Positions 11,701 to 22,482 of a stretch of 64,000 nucleotides of DNA are shown piece by piece. How positions within the stretch are numbered: position 1 is the stretch's first letter; every line of letters begins with the position of its first letter. A model generated the notes under the pieces. The model saw only the letters and a list, made by a program, of their open reading frames with translations, made no database searches and was not told the origin of the DNA. Origin of the DNA: Cladosporium halotolerans (Eukaryota); contig NW_027191462.1 of the NCBI RefSeq assembly GCF_011745625.1, positions 434,001 to 498,000 of the forward strand, read 5' to 3'. Position numbers and translations under genes: made by a program.

Positions 11701-14671
11701 CCAAAGCGTAGTAGGTACTGGTTGTATGACTCCAGGTATCACGGCCGAGCCACTGTCCCAGCTGCGCAATGATGGGCGCAAGACGAAGGGGGCGCACAAC
11801 AAGAAGCGAGTTGAGCTTCTGCTCTTCATACCAGATGTGAAGGCCGAGCATGAGCCTCCGTGCTGCATCGAGGCTGTCGATACTTTGGTGGATCTCTTTG
11901 ACTTCTTTGCTTGAATCGTTTGCAATGTCGTCGGCTAGAGACGCAGCAATGAGCAGCATACGATCTGCCTGTGACCCGGGTGTCGGTGATTTCGGTGAAT
12001 TGGAAGATGCCTGCTGCCGCGCATCCATCCACGACCAGGCAGGCTGCGCAAGCAATGTACTTTCATGCACGTGCTTCTTGGATGTTGACTTGACTCTACT
12101 TTGCGACTTAGTCCCAGCCGCCACTTTACTCACTTGCAGCGATGCTTTAGCTTTAGCGTCCAAGAGATTCAAAGCAAAGAACAGAATGGTTGCAGCGAGA
12201 GCCACCCATTCCGTGCTGCTTGTAGTCCCAGACAACCGCTCAGGCTGCTCAACAATTGCGGCATGTGCCCTGCACCATATCGCCTTCAAGAGGTGAGACG
12301 CCGTTGTGGGCAAGACCAGCTGGCAAACACGAAGCACATCAGCAACAAAGGGCTCATGAGGGCTTAATTTGATTTGCCTTCGATGCGGAATTCCGTCGGA
12401 GCCAACCTCGTCGATCACATTGCTTGCTCCCGGGTGCTCTAGCTTAGGCACATCGTCGGGCGGGTGATGTGTTCGATTTCTGCCCATCTCCTTGTTTGAT
12501 TGTTCCAAGCCAGGAATGACATCCAATGTGCTCGAATTCCTGTAAGGCGAGGTAGTCGGCAGGGGACAGCAGGTTGTGTCCATCGGGGATAAAATCAAGC
12601 CATTTCCGCTCAGCAGGATTGCACCTTCGGCGTTGTCATACACTTTGTGCATGTCTCTACAAGATGGAAAGGTGTTGGTCCCTAATACTATAGGTATGCT
12701 AGCACGCGGGCTGTCCGTCATATCGGGCCAGAATGGTCTGTCTCTTATCTCCAGTAGTAGACTGAGAATCTCTTCGGACGACTGTTCGTGCACGTATACG
12801 GTAATTTTGTGATTGTCCGATTCCACTGATGGCACGCTTTCGCACAGTGTCGCGACCTTGACAGTAAGTCTTGCACTTGAAGGGCTTTCCGGGAATGGCT
12901 GCGGTCCGATAGAGAAGGAATGGATTTTTCGTAAGACGAGCTCATTTTTGCTCCCTTCGTCCAGACTGCCGAGAACATTGTCAAGCCCAGCAACATCGTA
13001 CGTGTTTCTAACGTGACGCAGGATAGACTCGACGCTTTCTCTGCCATTGATCAAGTCGTTATCAAGATCCATGGTGTCATCGTCAAGACCAATACTTTTG
13101 CTAAAGACGCTTCCTGGCGTTGACCCTCGGCTACGACGATGACCAAAACTTCGTCGTTCACTATGTGGGCCAAAAGAAGTGTGACGGCGACTGGCACCCG
13201 TGCCAAAACTGCCATTCAATGTGCCCGCCTGGCTACGATTATCCGCTGTTGGCAGTTCTCCGCGAGAGACAAGCGAGCTGATTCTTCGACTTTCTCGGGC
13301 CGTTTGCTGAGAGCCGGCAGGCTGAAAATCTGGATCCATCTGGGATGCCATGGCAGCTTCGTCGTCTTGTTTCTTCGTTTTGCGGGATGCAGACCTGGTG
13401 AGGCGTTTATTGGATGGTTCTCCCGGAACATGCAGAGAGGCACCAGGCGCAAAACTCTCACGGCCTCCATCCCGATGACGAGCGACTGGTGTAGCACCGC
13501 CAGGTCCAAAACTGTTCCCCAGAAAGGAGCTTCGCCTTCTTGCCTTCTCAGCTTTGTGCTCAGCACGCTTTTTCATAAGTGAGGCCAGTGATTGGTCTTC
13601 AATATACCAGCTGTGCCATATCGTGACCAGTCGCATGTCTTGGTTGATCGTCGCGATCAACATGAGATGCCCATGAGGGCGACTGCTTGAGTGCGGCAGT
13701 TCATCCATTTTCGACACATAAACGACCTCCTCTGCGGGATCGAGCGAGTCAAATTCAACGGTGACGCCTGGGGTTGTCTTGCTTGAGCCTCGAGGCTTCG
13801 CTGTCTGGATTGACTCAGTCACCACACCAACCTCCGAAAAGGGACTGGTGATCGTGTATATTCGGGCGACGTTCGCCTCGTGTGATCGGTCAGGTGGTTC
13901 GCATATTGTGCTGAACAGCCCGTTTAGCCAGTCATTTGTGCCTGCATTGCCGCCCAGTGGAGATGGGCGGACAGGTTGCGTGCCTAGAAAGCTTTTCGAG
14001 AATGTCGGAGACGGCTGAGAGAAGGATGAGAGCTGATTTTGCGACGAGAAGAATGAGTTGTGAGGCGCTCGTGGGAGCTTGGGAGAGGTCTCATTCGACG
14101 AGGGCTTGGACGCTGTCCTCTTTTGAAGGACCAAGCCTCGCGGAGCCGCAAAAGCTGTCTCGATTTCAAACGGAAGATCAACGATATGATGCGAGCCAGA
14201 GAGGAAGTAAATATGGGCCTTGCTCTTCAAAAGCACGACTAACGCGCGAGATGTTTCGTCGCCCGATGTCTGTGACTCTCTCCTGTCGTCTTCCTTGCTT
14301 GTGACCAACAATGGCGCTATGCTCCTTCTCGATGACTTGCCGAAGCTCTCTACAGGCTTCCTGAGCTTGCTCGAGCTCTTATCTGCGTAAAGTTTGCCAT
14401 TCTCTTTAGGAAACCTTGTCAAGAGCGCTTGTCGAACATGTTCTCCCTCCAGCTCAAAGCGATACGCTGCGCGAACCACGCCGTTTTGAGACCAGACCAC
14501 ACAGTCTTTCGTTGCTATTATTTCTTCTTCCACGCTTCCATGTTGTCCTGAGAATGCGTATGTGTCCCAAGTGTAGAGGCCTTTCTTGGGTTCGGCGGGC
14601 AATATGCCTTCGTTGATCAGGTAGGGGAGGCCGGCGGGCGTATGGACGCCGAGTGAGGTGACATCCGCCAT
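8708..14671 (-). CDS. APC1: Anaphase-promoting complex subunit 1 (bimE-like negative regulator of mitosis)
   Basis: 1987-aa ORF with PC-repeat motifs: WAYFHAGVSVGL, HAGLLLALGLNGHL, YGSHFAAHLAIGVLFLGGG, DNRVHLQALRHFW. Confidence 0.95.
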   Translation of the reverse strand: MADVTSLGVHTPAGLPYLINEGILPAEPKKGLYTWDTYAFSGQHGSVEEEIIATKDCVVWSQNGVVRAAYRFELEGEHVRQALLTRFPKENGKLYADKSSSKLRKPVESFGKSSRRSIAPLLVTSKEDDRRESQTSGDETSRALVVLLKSKAHIYFLSGSHHIVDLPFEIETAFAAPRGLVLQKRTASKPSSNETSPKLPRAPHNSFFSSQNQLSSFSQPSPTFSKSFLGTQPVRPSPLGGNAGTNDWLNGLFSTICEPPDRSHEANVARIYTITSPFSEVGVVTESIQTAKPRGSSKTTPGVTVEFDSLDPAEEVVYVSKMDELPHSSSRPHGHLMLIATINQDMRLVTIWHSWYIEDQSLASLMKKRAEHKAEKARRRSSFLGNSFGPGGATPVARHRDGGRESFAPGASLHVPGEPSNKRLTRSASRKTKKQDDEAAMASQMDPDFQPAGSQQTARESRRISSLVSRGELPTADNRSQAGTLNGSFGTGASRRHTSFGPHSERRSFGHRRSRGSTPGSVFSKSIGLDDDTMDLDNDLINGRESVESILRHVRNTYDVAGLDNVLGSLDEGSKNELVLRKIHSFSIGPQPFPESPSSARLTVKVATLCESVPSVESDNHKITVYVHEQSSEEILSLLLEIRDRPFWPDMTDSPRASIPIVLGTNTFPSCRDMHKVYDNAEGAILLSGNGLILSPMDTTCCPLPTTSPYRNSSTLDVIPGLEQSNKEMGRNRTHHPPDDVPKLEHPGASNVIDEVGSDGIPHRRQIKLSPHEPFVADVLRVCQLVLPTTASHLLKAIWCRAHAAIVEQPERLSGTTSSTEWVALAATILFFALNLLDAKAKASLQVSKVAAGTKSQSRVKSTSKKHVHESTLLAQPAWSWMDARQQASSNSPKSPTPGSQADRMLLIAASLADDIANDSSKEVKEIHQSIDSLDAARRLMLGLHIWYEEQKLNSLLVVRPLRLAPIIAQLGQWLGRDTWSHTTSTYYALEGANETAWAFIKFRASISVSTGLMDDPVGVFEWLEHSIKYGTSELYPSLATVARLGSDVNISRSFAEASAQMTPRTTTLSRVLEETQGLALSPVTVVETSAKHHLTTDILESFPEAVAAPFREAIAKCEKEPPTTWPTSLLRLIGREDLDLSKEAAARKPYGTQHQPVIALPKDLQSITQAFETPNHAVKTREADRHAISQLLFSEDRRLIEATSLMHFNNVQIAECPKQPDWSDAFHFEQQRKVMQWVTTRMIALPAGDGMIHFDSQLPLMTEKYHLPGFNPSAIMQPMGHTVTTDRSGLTEEKVNWAYFHAGVSVGLRISRNAKGIDTSWLVFNKPTDLTNRHAGLLLALGLNGHLRSLAKWLSFKYLTPKHTMTSVGLLLGISASYVGTMDSLITRMLSVHITAMLPPGAAELNVSSTTQTAGLMGIGLLYCNTEHRRMSELMLHEVELMDVEDVDNGPDVLRDESYRLAAGLALGMINLAKGKDLRGLHGMRLPERLLNVAVGPRPVNAVHVFDKATAGAIVAIALVYMKSEDKTIARKIDIPDTEAQFDHVRPDMLMLRCMAKHIILWNAIQAQGEVDGMPAWIHVNLPKCYQSKLRRMGPRSKQRSQLSSTDVPFYNIATGLAWALSLRYAGSGDEAARDEILLLLDFFHAAKSKGDAYYYDAKLARAAIRRCIDVLALAASTVMAGTGDLNTFRYLRRLHGRTDAETPYGSHFAAHLAIGVLFLGGGTYTLGTSDMAVASLICAFYPLFPTDVQDNRVHLQALRHFWIFAAEARCVIVEDIDTHRPITMPILVTLRDGSTKSMQAPCLLPDLASIASVQTMDPAYWRVTLDFELNTSHLTKFRKNQRIHVRRCPAGEAHSSVFGATLAARSTQSSSTANRQQIWDWVFSLPALREELTKADIELIIPPDVHSSVHTDQRATVIDDKLVLSDNVQSRNRNELWNLRLLFAWAERAREERDEELRWIGQEVVEALKAGIESRSRQVGESTDV

Positions 14672-14981
14672 GTCTCCTTGTCGTAAATTGAAGCTCTCAA
14701 AGCTACTCGCATCTTGTGTCGAGTGCTTGCAACGAATACTTGACAGAGGACGGCATTGTTGGTGGAAGACGCGCCTGACGTGGGGTCCAACGCGTTTTCC
14801 AGCTTCGCAGCTCCTTCAACTTTGCGAACCACAAACACCGAATCGCACACATTCACATTTACCAGAACAGTCGCACTCACACAAGCACCTACGATTACCA
14901 CGCGAACCTTCACTTGGAAATACGAAGTTACGAACCCTTAACTGCGCCTGTGCCTCATCCTTTAATTCATCCTCTCACTAC

Positions 14982-16769
14982 ATGGAGCCCCGAGTGCTGA
15001 AGAGAGAGCGCAAGCTCCAGCTCAACTACGACCTGCCTCATCGCGTACGCTGCGCACTGGTATATCCCGTCACTGCTCCAAATGGAAGCAGCCTCGTCCT
15101 GCTCGGCCACAATAACGGTGTAACATTACTGTTCCGAGGAGGGAGGCGTGTCAAGCAGCGCACAGCTCAGCAGCCAACATCTACCCAGTCGAACCCGAAG
15201 GATGTGGTAATGATTGATGAGAGTGAAGAGGAGGAGTCTCAACCAAACGGCTCAACCCAGATGGAATACGAGGAAGAGGAGGACGAAACAGATCCGGAGA
15301 CCCCGTATCCCTCCATCATCCAGGAAATCGAACTCAATCTCGGCAGCGCGGTTCTGCATGTTGCGGCGCCGACTTTGGCGCAACAGACCTCGCAAAGACC
15401 CGCGATCGTGAAACACCATGCCATTGTAGCGGTCCATACGGCTGATGGAAAAGTTAGCCTTCTTCAAATCCCTATGGCACCGCCTTATCCAACAACCACC
15501 AGAGATGCCGTAGAATCTATTTTGAACGACAGGATCGAGCTGCCCGCCGGGAAAGCTGCGCTGAAGGATATCTCGGTTAAGGTGCAAACGCGGTTTCCCA
15601 AGGAGCTCTCCCAGCTGCGGACGAGCGAGCCGGAGACCAGCATCTGTGTTGCTGCCGTGTCTGATGCCTTGCGGATCTGGCGGTTACCCACGAGTGCGGA
15701 TGAAATCATCGTAGAAGAAACGACACTCCAGAGACTTCCGCTTCTGTCAAATGCCAACAAGGTCTCGTTCCATCCCTCTTCAGGATCGGCGCAGGCATTG
15801 ATCGTAGACTCGCAAAGCGCTGTCCGCATTTACGATCCTTCGGCGCCAAAGGACCCCAATGCCAGACCTTCGTCCAGCGATTATATCCCTGCGCATCCCG
15901 AGGAGACCGGCAAGTGGATCATGACATTTCAAGCACCGTATCATGTGCTACCTCGAGACCACCCAGCTGTTCCCGCCCGCAAGAAAATCCTCGACGCCAA
16001 ATGGATTTTGGGCGGCCGTGCGATCATGGCCCTCTTAGAAGACGGCGAATGGGTCATCTGGGGCGTCAGCTCGTCTGTACAAAACAACACGTCAGGGGGA
16101 CAAACAATTTTCCATGGCTTCCTTGGGTCATCAGGCGCAGCCGCGCCCGCGGACTCTGGCAGTCAGAGCAAGGGCTCTTCCAAACTTGCCCCAATGACTC
16201 CAAACACACGCAAGACAAAGTCCCAAAATTTCTTCAGTGGTGCACCGAAGGCACCTGGCGCCGTCTCCCGTGGTGGTATTTCTGTCGCCGGCACTGACAA
16301 TCTCCACGGAGAAGCAGACGGAAGCGTCATGTTGTGGTACGATAGCGATGTCTACGCCATCCCGAATTTCCAGCTCTTCTGGCAACGCATTTCCAATGTC
16401 GCCAGCAATGGGCTATACACGCCGGGCCTCTCGCACATCTCAGACATCAACCTCATGAACGAGAACATCACATCCATCTCACAATTCAGTGCGAAATCCA
16501 GCGCTTCCGGACTCGGGCAGATGAACACAGCCCGCGACTTCCTTGTGTCGACCGAGCACCGCTTCATTATTCACCAGACCACCCGGCCTCCTGTGCCGTC
16601 AAAGGGATTGTTTGACAAGTTTACTGCAACTACGTCTGCGCCTTCCGACCGAGATCAGAGAATGCTGGATGCTGGCGAGCTCGACATTGGTGGCATGGAT
16701 CGTTTGCTGGACTCAATGGCTAACGGCGGCGCAAACCGCCCGAGGAAAGTTGGCTTCGCTGCGTCCTAG
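14982..16769 (+). CDS. NUP37: Nucleoporin Nup37 (Pezizomycotina type, beta-propeller)
   Basis: N-terminal YDLPHRV...YPVTAPNGSSLVLLGHNNGVTLLFRGGRR and RKKILDAKWILGGRAIMALLEDGEW resemble filamentous-fungal Nup37. Start taken at ATG 14982; divergent from APC1 with about 310 bp between. Confidence 0.75.
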   Translation: MEPRVLKRERKLQLNYDLPHRVRCALVYPVTAPNGSSLVLLGHNNGVTLLFRGGRRVKQRTAQQPTSTQSNPKDVVMIDESEEEESQPNGSTQMEYEEEEDETDPETPYPSIIQEIELNLGSAVLHVAAPTLAQQTSQRPAIVKHHAIVAVHTADGKVSLLQIPMAPPYPTTTRDAVESILNDRIELPAGKAALKDISVKVQTRFPKELSQLRTSEPETSICVAAVSDALRIWRLPTSADEIIVEETTLQRLPLLSNANKVSFHPSSGSAQALIVDSQSAVRIYDPSAPKDPNARPSSSDYIPAHPEETGKWIMTFQAPYHVLPRDHPAVPARKKILDAKWILGGRAIMALLEDGEWVIWGVSSSVQNNTSGGQTIFHGFLGSSGAAAPADSGSQSKGSSKLAPMTPNTRKTKSQNFFSGAPKAPGAVSRGGISVAGTDNLHGEADGSVMLWYDSDVYAIPNFQLFWQRISNVASNGLYTPGLSHISDINLMNENITSISQFSAKSSASGLGQMNTARDFLVSTEHRFIIHQTTRPPVPSKGLFDKFTATTSAPSDRDQRMLDAGELDIGGMDRLLDSMANGGANRPRKVGFAAS

Positions 16770-17337
16770 GTAGAATCCCTTTCCTCTGCTTCTGTTTCTC
16801 CAAAGATACCCTTCAATTACTTGCCTGACTGTACCAAATCTACAGCCTCTCACTCCCCTTCCACATTCTCATTCCGTTTCACAGCTCATTCCCCGTACTA
16901 GTATCAGATTTCCAGACAACACGCCGCGCGGCAAGGTGGAGCATTTCTTCAAGGCCAATGAAACCTGCTCAGTATTACGCGCGGTACATCAACCGATCTC
17001 CTCCAGGTCCAGCGAGAAGCTCTGGGGTCCACTCCAGAGCGTAAGCAGGGCAACTCGACTTTGTCGGCCTGTCTTGCACCACCTCTACGAAGTTTTCCCT
17101 CAGGGATGTAAAACGTGCGCAGCGGTGAGGTCGAGGGAGGAGACGACCCGTACGCTCATTGACTAGCATGTATGCGCACCCTGTTTGGGGATATTGGACG
17201 TGTGCATGCTTGTTGAGCGATTGGGTACATGTTAATATCGTAGGTCTATGGTGATGTATGATTTATCTATCCTTTTCTTATATACGTCTCTAGACATTTT
17301 CTGTCATGTAGCATGCCTGCAAATTTTCGTATATCGT

Positions 17338-19010
17338 CTAGAAAGAGAACTCATCACCGACCTCTTCGATCGCCTTGACAAGGCCTTCAACAGTTCCCTT
17401 GGTCGTCTGCCCGTTGACCACAACCCTGAAGAACTTGCCATCCTCACCCGGGGCATAGTCCACCATGAAACCCCTTGGGATCAGCTTCTTCGACACCTCA
17501 GCAGTCAACTGGCTGTTGCGGTTCCGGTGGCCGGCACCGCTCTGCTTGTTGAAATAAAAGCACACCTGCAGACACGGCGGCGGGTTCTCGGACACGAGCT
17601 CGAACTTCGGGTTCTGCTTGACCAGCTGCGCGAGGTTCGCCGCTTGCTCGAAAGCAGAGTCAATGTAGGCCTCGAAGCCTGCGCTGCCGTGGTAGATCCA
17701 GCTGAGCGCGACCTTCAACGAGTCGCCGCGGCGTCCGCACTGCGGTGTGATGTCTGCCAGGTCCCAGTAGTTGTCCGCGGGCTGCTCGACGGCACCCACG
17801 TGCTCGTCGAGTGCTTGCGTGTCAACGGCGCTGCTGTCCTTGGCGTCGCCGTTGGGCTGCTCGGGCTGATGGAAGAGGTAGCCGGCGGGCAGGGTCATGC
17901 CCTTGTGGAACTGGCGCAGGTCCTGGCCGAGGAGGAAGGTGCACGTCAACGGGACGCCCATCATCTTGTGCGGGCAGAGGGCGATGGAGTTCGCGCGCTC
18001 GACGCCCGAGAGCTTGTGCTTCTGCTTCGCGCTGAAGATCACCGGCGCGCCCCACGAGCCGTCCACGTGCATCCACAGCTTGTGCTTCTGGCAGATGTCT
18101 GCGATGGCGTGCAGGGGGTCGAAGGAGCCGAGAACGGTAGTGCCGGCTGTGGCGTTGACGTAGAAGGGTGTCTTGCCGTCCTTCTTTGCCTGCTCGATGG
18201 CAGCCTCGAGAGCGCTGGGCTGCATGCAACCGCGCTCGTCGACGGGGATGCCGATGACTGAGTTGGAACCAAAGCCCATGATCTGCGCGGCCTTCTCCAG
18301 GCTGTAGTGGCCGTGGGCGGAGGTGAAGAGGACGAACTTCTTGTCGCCGTAGCCTTCCGACTTGGTCTCGGGGAAGAGATTGTTGCGTGCGATGACGATG
18401 GAGCTCTGGTTTGCCGCGCTGCCACCGGGCTGGCTCACGCCGCCGGCGTAAATGCCCTTGAAACCGAAGAGTTCGGCCATTTTCCGAGTAGTGTGCTTCT
18501 CGATCAGAGTGAGAGCCGGCGAGACTTGGTAGACGTGCAGGTTAGAGTTGAGAGAAGAGAGGAGCAGATCCGCAGCCAGGCCCACTGGCGTCGTTGCGGC
18601 ATAGAGTTTGTCGAGGAATCCTTGGTCCCAGGTGTTGACACTGTATTGCAGGACCTTCTGGACGGCTTCAAGAAGGCCATCTTTGCCGCGGCCTTGGTCA
18701 GGAAGCGACACATTTAGCAGGGGAATCAGGCTCCTAGGCGGATGGTGTTCAACAAGTACACTTCGTGGACCCTTGCCATCTTGCTGCAGTCCTCGGCCTT
18801 CGGGCTGGGCTGTGGCGTTTTCGTCTGCTGCTCGCACAAAGGGGACAACAAGGTCTTTGACTGCCGTGAGAAGCTATGTGGATTGTGAGCTTATGGCCAT
18901 GCCAGTTCGAAGGCGTCAATTCCTACATCGTCTACTTCGTCTGCACGGTGCAGACCCTTGTTCTGGGCTGCCGCTGGTCGTGACGGGACCGAAGATCCGT
19001 TTGCAGACAT
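17338..19010 (-). CDS. Group II PLP-dependent decarboxylase (glutamate decarboxylase / GADL1-CSAD-like)
   Basis: Exon 1 19010-18927, intron 18926-18874, exon 2 to 17338. Motifs PGGSAAN, HYSLEKAA, ATAGTTVLGSFD, WMHVDGSWG and CPHKMMGVP (PLP lysine). Confidence 0.9.
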
Positions 19011-20300
19011 CGTGATGTTGAACTTGAGAAGAGGAAGAGACGGCACTACTATGCGATGTTTCAAAACGAACTAACCGACACCTTTTGAACCGTGGCAGAA
19101 AAAATTAAGAAAAGTGCTCAAGGAAAGCTGGTATGAGTATTACGGCAAAGGATCTCTCACGTTGACGAAGCGACTTCACGAGGTCATTCTCCATTGGATG
19201 ATGCAATCTGGGGCAAAACCTACAGATCCACAAAACATGCGGCTCAACTTGACTGCCTTCATCCACTGGTATGTACGTACAACATGGATCTCTTCCCCAT
19301 GAAAATCGATGGAGCTGCAGATGCCAGTACATTTTGCAGTGAGATGTCAAAGCAAAGCGAGATGTTGGTTGGCAGCCAAGCCCCTCGGAACCAGCTGCGA
19401 ACCGTCTCTATGATTGAAGTACCCCTCACGCGCAGTCCCATCATCCTCTCGCTAGCAAAACTATTGATGCGATACATCCATCAATGGTATCTACAAGGTA
19501 CAAGGTCTGGCTACTAAATTTCTCACGCTTCTGCTGCAGTAGTGGGACATCTTCAGCGAGCCGCTGACATCACGTCACACCATCGCACCAGCTGGCGTCT
19601 GGGCTGCAAGAGCTGTGGACCTACGGTCTTCCAAGTGGGACGATACAATTATTTGCAGATGGCCAAGAAGAAACGACATGGCACACTGGTGATGGCAGTC
19701 ACAGGTTTTCTTACCCTCGTGTGCAACCTCGCCTGCCACGATGAGACTTCGCGGTTGTCAAGGCACAGCATCGCGGCAGGACTACAAGGATCTTTTTGAA
19801 CCACCTAGACATAGCAGGTGTCTTCCACTTTCAGTAACAGAGCCTGCACCTCGTTCGTATCGAAGGCGGCACCATGCAAGGCTGGATGCAAGTATTCTCG
19901 AACCACAGGGATCGACCACTTGCTCAATTTTACCCGGATTTATTGTGGCTTGAGGAGGTCGCTTCGCCACGCCTCGAAAACTGCGAAGGTAGTACCAGAT
20001 ACTGCGGTAAAAGCCGCAAACCCAGACTCGATATCAGGTTGCTACCAAATGTGCCACCCCTCAGCAGACTAAGTATACTATTCACCCAATCAGGTCTCTT
20101 CCGGGCCTACGGTAGACTGGTTTTCGGCTCCGATCATCAACAAGTACATGCATTTCCTGGGTACCGGAAGCATGTCATTCGGTTATTTGCAGAGGTACTG
20201 TAGAGTTTCCCCATTCATATCACCCTCCATGCTACCTCCGTGTTGCTCTCTCAAAATGTGTTGCCGAGGAAGAATGTTACGCTTCCGCATCCTCAATAGC

Positions 20301-20307
20301 TATAAAT
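20301..20307 (+). promoter_or_regulatory. TATA box of the xylanase gene
   Basis: TATAAAT about 80 bp upstream of ATG 20386. Confidence 0.6.
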
Positions 20308-20385
20308 GAAGCATGCCAAGGGACCCTTTGGCTCCGCCGTTCTTGACAAACCGCTTCTGAATTGACAAATATCACTGCTATCACG

Positions 20386-21247
20386 ATGCTAAAGTCCATC
20401 GTCTTCATCTTGGCCACTTTGGCCGCCGCCATAGTCGCAGCCCCAACTATCGGGCTCTTTGAGCGAGGTGATACTGATCTCATCAAGCGACAGCAACGAA
20501 TCGCTACACAGTACTGGGCGAACGATAAAGCCGACCTAGACTGGGTCAGTGGTCCTGCCGGCGCATACTCCGTCAACTGGACGAACCCAAGTGGCGGCAA
20601 CTTCGTCGTCGGTAAAGGCTACTTCGGCCAAGGCATGTAAGTCAGCTCATCCCGTTCCTCTTGCTAACCGGCCAGACCTTCTGACATCTCTAACAAGGCT
20701 TTTCAACTACACTGGAACCTTTAGCACGACCGGTAACGCCTACCTCGGCCTCTACGGCTGGACCACCGACCCGCTCGTCGAATACTACGTGATCGAGAAC
20801 TTCGGCGACAAGCACAACCCGACCGACAATTCCAACCACACCTGCTACGGCACCTTCAACACTGACGGCGGAACATACGAAGTCTGGATGAAGTGGCGCG
20901 TCAACGCCCCATCCATTATCGGCACTGCCACGTTTCCACAGTTCTGGGTTCGCCTTGCCATCCCCCTTCCAACCTCATCTTACTGACTCATTCAGTCCGT
21001 CCGCACCAAACGCCACGTCGGCGGCACGATCAACACGACCGCGCACTTCGCCGCTTGGGCGCGCGCGGGGTTGAAGCTAGGCAAGCACCGCGACGGCATG
21101 GTGATCGGGATCGAAGGGCAGACGGGCCAAGGTGCGGCCGCTATCACCGCGGGCGTTAGGCCTACGACTACGGTCAAGGAGACGACGACGCTGGTCCATC
21201 ATTCCGAGAGGCCTAGGGCGACGAACACCTGTACGCGGAAGTTGTGA
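20386..21247 (+). CDS. Secreted glycoside hydrolase family 11 (endo-1,4-beta-xylanase), divergent
   Basis: Signal peptide, KR site, GGNFVVGKG, YLGLYGWTTDPLVEYYVIE, RVNAPSIIGTATFPQFW|SVR and IEG. Exons 20386-20636, 20698-20947 and 20996-21247. Confidence 0.93.
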
Positions 21248-22482
21248 GGGGCGGCTGTTGTGAGGGTTGACGGGAGGCTGAGGTGGGTAGGTGACGTTGA
21301 GGAAATGGATGTGCGTATAAGCGTTGGATATGTGCATCGAATATTGCCAGTCGCTATTCGATTGGTTGAGAGTCGACTTTCAGTTCCTCGATTGCTTTCA
21401 GCTTTTAATGACTATTCGCGACTTTACGGTTCTTTATCCGGCCGCCACTGAAATGAACGGCGTCACATCATCGCACGCATGCCAGCGAAAGATCAAGTCT
21501 GAAGGTTCCCATTCCTACAATCGATCATCAATCCTAAGGTACATACATTTGCATTTGCTAGCCGTTGTCACATGACATCATCGCACGGGAACTCATGTCT
21601 GAGGGACAGGCGTGTTGGGATGCCCAAGTGTTATCTTTGGAACAATTACATTTACCAATCGCGAGCGTACCATCACCAATTGCCATAGACGCAATCAATA
21701 CAATCGCAAGCCTTTCCGTCTTATGCAAAACCGTTAGACATCCCGCCTTCGACCTGGTGCTTATCACCGTACCAAGACGCCTAGCAGCTTTCTTATCTCT
21801 GCAAATCACAACGGCCTATAGTCGCTCAGCACTTTCGAACACCCATGAACAAGCAACGGCAGCACGCCTCGGCCTCTGTCACATCGCTTGGCGATCCGAT
21901 TCTGCCTATTTTTGTTCTTCGTGTATCTGGTGGAAGTGTGTATCGCTCACGAGGGCTTTTGGGGCTCGGATAAGCTTGTAGTTGAGCATATGAACAGAGC
22001 GATACTACTGTAGGACCCACCGCTCTGTGGACTCACACCCCGTCTCCCCAGATTCCCAGATATCTGCCCTCGCCGCATGGATCTACGATCAACAGGGCCA
22101 TACCGGGGCGTCGGCAAGAGACCGCAGGCTTGGGACGGTCTCCGCCGCGCTGTGGTTGGTCAATTGCACATCGTTATCTACAACACTCATCCTCGCCCAA
22201 CATCAAGAGAGTACCATTGACGATTCCTGCGAAGATCCTCCTCTTCGGACGGCCGGAGAATGGCAATAATGGCCTGCAAGGTCGATCGGCTTGACTGCTA
22301 CACGGCTCGTCAATGTTGATGCTGGCGGGCTATAACCTGAGCCAAGTCGCACGATATGTTTCTCTCTCTGTTCTTGAAGTCCACACGCCCATCCATCCAT
22401 CCCTCCCCTGCCATCCTAGGCAAAGACCTCGCAAAGCCCTTTTCTCCTCCATTGCCTTCACCCTAACAACGACAAGCCCAAA

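Noticed and set aside
20060..20140. Minus-strand TGATGA...CTGA...CTGA resembling a C/D snoRNA
   Set aside because: Imperfect box C, no terminal stem, and the 9-nt 18S match is interrupted next to box D.
20637..20697. Two branch/acceptor sets in xylanase intron 1 (possible twin intron)
   Set aside because: The proximal acceptor gives a 39-nt intron and a frameshift, and no second donor is reconstituted.
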